A stretch of 64,000 nucleotides of DNA from the NCBI GenBank assembly GCA_965208835.1, contig OZ242358.1:2880001-2944000 (forward strand), in the 5' to 3' direction. Below, in pieces: positions 59,314-64,000 of the stretch. How positions within the stretch are numbered: position 1 is the stretch's first letter; each line of letters opens with the position of its first letter. The stretch is from Candidatus Latescibacterota bacterium. GTDB taxonomy: Bacteria > Latescibacterota > UBA2968 > GCA-2709665. The translations under genes were made by a program, and so were the position numbers. The notes beneath the pieces are model-generated. The model did not search any database. It was given only the letters and a program-made list of their open reading frames with translations, and was not told the DNA's origin.

Positions 59314-59913
59314 ATGATGAACGGTGCATCCTCCTCAGTAAGCCGAGCGGCAGGTCGAGGCATTCCGTTGCGGGGCAACGATATCGATACCGACCGGATC
59401 ATTCCGGCGAGGTACCTGCGCAACATCACTTTCGAGGGCCTGGGGGAATTCGCCTTCGAAGACGACCGGAAGTCCACGGACCATCCCTTCGACGACGACC
59501 GGTACCGCGGGGCCTCGATTCTGGTGGTCAATGGCAACTTCGGTTGCGGTTCTTCCCGTGAGCACGCACCTCAGGCCATCATGCGATGGGGTATCAGGGC
59601 CATCGTCGGCGAGTCGTTCGCGGAGATATTCCAGGGCAACTGTACGGCAATGGGCCTGCCCTGCGTCACCGCGCCAGCCGGAAGTATACAGGCGCTGATG
59701 GATGCCGTCGAATCCGATCCGGAAAGCGAGATCGCCGTCGACCTGGAAGAACGGACCCTGTCACGCGGCGATCTCGGGTTCGACATCCGGATTCCCGCTG
59801 GCGACCGCATTCAACTCCTCGAAGGAACGTGGGATGCCACCGGGATGCTTCTGGAGGGTCGTGAATCCGTTCGGTCCGTCGCGCGAAATCTCCCCTACAT
59901 CTCAGGATTTTAA
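59314..59913 (+). CDS. leuD: 3-isopropylmalate dehydratase small subunit
   Basis: DIDTDRIIPARYL, NFGCGSSREHAP. Confidence 0.96.
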   Translation: MMNGASSSVSRAAGRGIPLRGNDIDTDRIIPARYLRNITFEGLGEFAFEDDRKSTDHPFDDDRYRGASILVVNGNFGCGSSREHAPQAIMRWGIRAIVGESFAEIFQGNCTAMGLPCVTAPAGSIQALMDAVESDPESEIAVDLEERTLSRGDLGFDIRIPAGDRIQLLEGTWDATGMLLEGRESVRSVARNLPYISGF

Positions 59914-59930
59914 CGCATTGGAGGAAGCCT

Positions 59931-60995
59931 TTGTCCTACAAGATCGCAGTCATCCCCGGTGACGGCACGGGTCCGGAAGTTGTGGTGGAAGGCCTGAAAT
60001 GCATCAACGCGGTCGCACGGAAATGCGGTTTCGACTTTGAAACCGCGACTTTCGACTTCGGCGGCGAACGATACCTCAGAACCGGCGAAACCCTGCCGGA
60101 CTCCGCCCTTGAAGAGCTGCGCGGTTTTGACGCCATCTACCTGGGCGCCATTGGCCATCCGGACGTTCGACCCGGGATCCTGGAAAAGGGTATTCTCCTC
60201 AGAACCCGCTTTGAACTGGACCAGTACATCAACCTGCGTCCGGTCAAACTCTACCCCAACGTGGACTGCCCCCTGAAGGACAAGGGTCCCGCCGACGTCG
60301 ACTTTGTCGTCGTGCGCGAAAACACCGAGGGCCTTTATTCCGGCGCGGGCGGGTTCCTCAAACAGGGTACACCCGACGAGGTCGCCGTCCAGGAGTCCAT
60401 CAATACCCGGAAGGGTGTGGAGCGCTGCCTGAGGTATGCCTTCGAATTTACCCGCAGGCGGGGGCGAACGAACACCCTCACCCTCTGCGGCAAGACCAAC
60501 GTGCTCACCTATGCCTTCGATCTGTGGGAGCGCACGTTCAATGAAGTCGGAGACGCCGAGTATGCCGATGTCAAACGGGACTATGCACACGTCGACGCCA
60601 TTACGATGTGGATGGTAAAGAACCCGGAGTGGTTCGATGTTATCGTCACCGACAACATGTTCGGCGACATCATCACCGACCTGGGCGCGATGATTCAGGG
60701 CGGCATGGGCGTCGCTGCGGGCGGCAACATCAACCCCGAAGGCGTATCCATGTTCGAACCCATCGGCGGATCGGCTCCCAAGTATACGGGCATGGGCGTC
60801 ATCAATCCAGTCGCCGGCATCGCCGCCGCGCAGATGATGGTCGACGTCCTGGGCGAGACCGAAGGCGCCGTGATACTGGAAAACGCCATCATCCAGGTTG
60901 TCGGCACGAAACTCAATGGCATGGGCGCCGGTGAAATGGGCTTCAACACCTCCGAAGTAGGTGACCTCATCGCCGACGAGGTCGCACGCGCATAG
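59931..60995 (+). CDS. leuB: 3-isopropylmalate dehydrogenase
   Basis: [40 protein letters not shown]; TTG start with GGAGG. Confidence 0.93.
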   Translation: MSYKIAVIPGDGTGPEVVVEGLKCINAVARKCGFDFETATFDFGGERYLRTGETLPDSALEELRGFDAIYLGAIGHPDVRPGILEKGILLRTRFELDQYINLRPVKLYPNVDCPLKDKGPADVDFVVVRENTEGLYSGAGGFLKQGTPDEVAVQESINTRKGVERCLRYAFEFTRRRGRTNTLTLCGKTNVLTYAFDLWERTFNEVGDAEYADVKRDYAHVDAITMWMVKNPEWFDVIVTDNMFGDIITDLGAMIQGGMGVAAGGNINPEGVSMFEPIGGSAPKYTGMGVINPVAGIAAAQMMVDVLGETEGAVILENAIIQVVGTKLNGMGAGEMGFNTSEVGDLIADEVARA

Positions 60996-61074
60996 CACGG
61001 GAAATACCGGATGACACAACTGGACTCTTCAGAAGGGAAGTGGAATCGACCGGGCGGCTGTGACCGCCCGGGCC

Positions 61075-61167
61075 GCATTGGGTAGGCGGTCTGCTGAACG
61101 CGCGGGCGCGGCCGTAAAGCCGATCGGGCGCGTCTGCTCCAAATTCACCGAATCTCCAACCCAATGC
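61075..61167. repeat. 93-bp segment bounded by imperfect 25-bp inverted repeats (possible MITE family D)
   Basis: GCATTGGGTAGGCGGTCTGCTGAA versus the reverse complement of the right end, GCATTGGGTTGGAGATTCGGTGAA. Confidence 0.5.
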
Positions 61168-61171
61168 AAAG

Positions 61172-61226
61172 GAAGCTGTGTCAGGATTCACGGCGCGAAG
61201 ACCGCTGGGAATTCCAATACCGCTTC
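61172..61226. mobile_element. MITE family A, minimal 55-bp derivative
   Basis: Reverse complement GAAGCGGTATTGGAATTCCCAGCGGTCTTCGCGCCG matches the left end of 16635; the other end is GAAGCTGTG. Confidence 0.65.
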
Positions 61227-61239
61227 TAAGGAGCTTTTG

Positions 61240-62847
61240 ATGTCCAATCGCGTACAGATATACGATTCCACCCTCCGAGACGGCGCACAGGCCGAAGGGA
61301 TAGCGTTTTCGCTGGATGACAAGCTTACGATCACGCAGCGACTGGACGCCCTCGGCGTCCACTATATCGAGGGCGGATGGCCGAACCCCACCAATCCAAA
61401 GGACATGGAGTTCTTCAATCGCGTCCGTGAACTCCCGCTTGAGAACGCGAAGGTTACCGCCTTCGGCAGCACGCGCCGCGCGAACAATCATCCGGAGGAC
61501 GACGCGATCCTCAATACGCTGCTGCAGGCCGGCACCGATGTCGTCACACTCTTCGGCAAGTCCTGGGAACTGCATGTGACCCACGTCCTCCGTACCACTC
61601 GCGACGAGAACCTGAGACTCATTCGGGACTCGGTCGCTTATATCGCATCGAACGGACGCGAGGTCGTCTACGACGCGGAACATTTCTTCGACGGGTACAT
61701 CGCCGATCCTCAATACGCCGTCGCCACACTTCTGGCCGCACAGGAAGGCGGAGCCGGCATTCTGGTCCTCTGCGACACCAACGGAGGCACACTGACCTCG
61801 GAACTCCGGGAAGTTATCGAAAACGTGACGGCAAAGATCAATGTGCCCTTCGGGATCCACACCCACAACGACGCCGGCGTCGGCGTCGCCAACGCGCTTG
61901 AGGCCGTCGAAATGGGCGCCATTCAGGTACAGGGCACATTCAACGGATACGGAGAGCGATGCGGAAACGCGAATCTCTGTTCCATCATCCCCAGCCTTGA
62001 ACTGAAACTCAAGAGATCCAGTATAGGACCGGAAAGACTGGCCGGACTCATGGACTTCTCCCGTTTTCTCAGCGAAATCGCGAACGTCCATCACGATCAC
62101 CGGCAGCCTTATGTGGGCGAAAGCGCGTTTGCCCACAAAGGCGGCGTTCACATCGACGCCATGGTCAAACAGCCCGCCACGTACGAACACTGCCGGCCGG
62201 AACAGGTGGGCAACGAGCGTCGCTTTCTCCTGTCCGAACAGTCCGGCAGCGCCACCATCGCCGCCAAGCTGAACCATCTCATTCCCGGACTCGACAAGAA
62301 ACATCCGGCGCTTCAACGCCTTCTTCGACAGATCAAGCAACTCGAACACGAGGGATACGTCTTTGAAGCCGCTGAAGCGTCCTTCGAAATTCTGGCCCGA
62401 AAGGCGCTAGGCGCCATCTCCGACCCGTTCCGGCTGATCGGATTCCGCACGATCAACCGGAAGTCGGCGGAAGGGACGGAAGTCGAAGCGATCGTCAAGG
62501 TCGAGGTGGACGGTCAGGTGTATCACACGGTGGCCGACGGAGACGGTCCGGTAAACGCTCTTGATGCGGCGCTCCGGCAGGCGTTGGAGCCCGTGTACCC
62601 GATTCTCAAGGAAGTCCATCTCGAAGATTACAAGGTGCGCGTCCTTTCCGCCCGGGACGGAACCGCCGCGAGGGTGCGCGTTCTCATCGAGTCATCCGAC
62701 AGCCACCGGGTCTGGAATACGATCGGTGTGTCTGAAAACATCATTGAAGCCAGCTGGATCGCGCTTGTGGACAGCCTCAGTTACAAGCTGCTCACGGAGG
62801 GTTTTCTGACCGCCAGCGAACCCGTCCGGCAGGAAGCGCTCGCGTAA
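61240..62847 (+). CDS. cimA: Citramalate synthase
   Basis: YDSTLRDGAQAEG, YIEGGWP..NPKD, AFGSTRR, FGKSW, YDAEHFFDG, AFAHKGGVH, GVSENIIEASW. Confidence 0.92.
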   Translation: MSNRVQIYDSTLRDGAQAEGIAFSLDDKLTITQRLDALGVHYIEGGWPNPTNPKDMEFFNRVRELPLENAKVTAFGSTRRANNHPEDDAILNTLLQAGTDVVTLFGKSWELHVTHVLRTTRDENLRLIRDSVAYIASNGREVVYDAEHFFDGYIADPQYAVATLLAAQEGGAGILVLCDTNGGTLTSELREVIENVTAKINVPFGIHTHNDAGVGVANALEAVEMGAIQVQGTFNGYGERCGNANLCSIIPSLELKLKRSSIGPERLAGLMDFSRFLSEIANVHHDHRQPYVGESAFAHKGGVHIDAMVKQPATYEHCRPEQVGNERRFLLSEQSGSATIAAKLNHLIPGLDKKHPALQRLLRQIKQLEHEGYVFEAAEASFEILARKALGAISDPFRLIGFRTINRKSAEGTEVEAIVKVEVDGQVYHTVADGDGPVNALDAALRQALEPVYPILKEVHLEDYKVRVLSARDGTAARVRVLIESSDSHRVWNTIGVSENIIEASWIALVDSLSYKLLTEGFLTASEPVRQEALA

Positions 62848-62900
62848 ACGCCTGCCCGACCGGGGCCGGACAGCATCGGGTCCGTTTTCAGGTTTCGAAA

Positions 62901-64000
62901 ATGAAAATCACATCCCGCAGAATCGAACGCCTTCCGCCGTACGTGTTTGCCGAAGTGAACGCGCACAAGATGCGCCTGCGCCGGAAGGGTGTGGACATCA
63001 TCGATCTGGGTATGGGAAATCCGGACCAGCCCACCCCGCCGCACATTGTAGACAAACTCGTCGAAGTTGCAGGCGATCCCAAGACCCACCGCTATGCGCC
63101 CTCACAGGGAATCGCCGCGTTGCGTGCGGCCATCTGCCGGCATTACAGACGACGCTTCGGCGTCGACCTGGACCCGGACACGGAAGCCGTTGCCACCATA
63201 GGTTCCAAGGACGGGCTTGCCCACATCTGCCTGGCTCTCCTGGACCCCGGCGATCTCGCAATCGTGCCCAATCCCGCGTATCCACTGCATCTCTACGGCG
63301 TCGCCATTGCAAACGGCAATGTGCTGAGCCTGCCTCTGCGCCCGGAGAAAGAGTTCATTCCCGAGATTCAGATGGTGGCGAGAGAACTCTGGCCCAAACC
63401 GAAGATGATGATCTTCAACTTCCCGAACAACCCCACCACCGCGACGGTGGATCTCGCTTTCTTTGAGGAAATCGTGGACTTCGCCAGGCGACAGGAGATC
63501 GTCATCATCCACGACATGGCGTATTCGGATATCGTGTTCGACGGTTACCGTGCGCCCAGCCTGCTCCAGGTAAAAGGGGCAAAGGAAGTGGGCGTGGAAT
63601 TCTTCACGATGTCCAAGACGTACAACATGGCGGGTTGGCGGGTCGGTTTCTGCCTGGGCAATCCGGAGGTCATCGAAGCGTTGAAAACCATCAAACACTA
63701 CTACGACTACGGGATCTTCACGCCAATCCAGGTCGCTGCCATCGCCGCACTGGACGGTCCGCAGGACTGTGTCGTCCAGGCCGCTGAAATCTATCGATCC
63801 AGACGCGACGTGCTGGTGGAGGGGCTTAACCGGATCGGCTGGCCCGTTTTAAAGCCCAAGGCGTCCATGTTCATCTGGACGCAGATTCCCGACAAATACC
63901 GCTATCTGGGCTCGATGAGGTTCGCACTCAAAATGATGGAGGAAGCGGAAGTCGCGGTGTCCCCCGGGATCGGATTCGGCGACATGGGCGAGGGCTACGT
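62901..64000 (+). CDS. Class I/II PLP aminotransferase (AlaC/LL-DAP aminotransferase-like); runs off the window
   Basis: Translated by hand: RIERLPPYVFAEVN, DLGMGNPD, GSKDG, NFPNNPT, HDMAY, SKTYNMAGWRVG. Confidence 0.9.
   Translation, partial: MKITSRRIERLPPYVFAEVNAHKMRLRRKGVDIIDLGMGNPDQPTPPHIVDKLVEVAGDPKTHRYAPSQGIAALRAAICRHYRRRFGVDLDPDTEAVATIGSKDGLAHICLALLDPGDLAIVPNPAYPLHLYGVAIANGNVLSLPLRPEKEFIPEIQMVARELWPKPKMMIFNFPNNPTTATVDLAFFEEIVDFARRQEIVIIHDMAYSDIVFDGYRAPSLLQVKGAKEVGVEFFTMSKTYNMAGWRVGFCLGNPEVIEALKTIKHYYDYGIFTPIQVAAIAALDGPQDCVVQAAEIYRSRRDVLVEGLNRIGWPVLKPKASMFIWTQIPDKYRYLGSMRFALKMMEEAEVAVSPGIGFGDMGEGY

Noticed and set aside
61060-61239. N-terminal extension of CimA
   Set aside because: It runs through repeat elements; an RBS precedes ATG 61240.

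Overview
GC-rich bacterial chromosomal window. The gene content (PorX/PglZ regulator next to tsaE, a GldA/F/G-DUF4340 ABC system, long-form IspG) suggests an FCB-group organism outside or at the edge of Bacteroidota, such as a Latescibacterota/Gemmatimonadota-like lineage; this placement is inference only. It contains, in order: the end of a surface-polysaccharide cluster (GT4, flippase, GT2); a DNA glycosylase; an ABC transporter with DUF1854; a Rieske-fusion protein; a solo RND pump with queC; a KamA-like radical SAM enzyme; UPF0182 and murQ; a ClpX-like ATPase divergent from rqcH; a kinase-porX-tsaE operon; rpsU-cvpA-mutS2-ispG-dnaG-tRNA-Ile2; an accessory block (ECF sigma operon, serpin, VOC protein, broken oxidoreductase, ankyrin protein, HU, cN-III-like nucleotidase); gldAFG; and an ilvN-leuACDB-cimA-aminotransferase operon. 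The most striking feature is an ECF sigma factor fused in frame to domains II+III of a DnaN beta sliding clamp (44971-46338). Other points of interest are several families of miniature inverted-repeat elements (one nested inside another, several abutting stop codons), a cluster of ribosome-quality-control genes, and an unannotated Ile/Leu/Val-rich leader ORF upstream of ilvN. All calls come from reading motifs by eye; no database searches were run.
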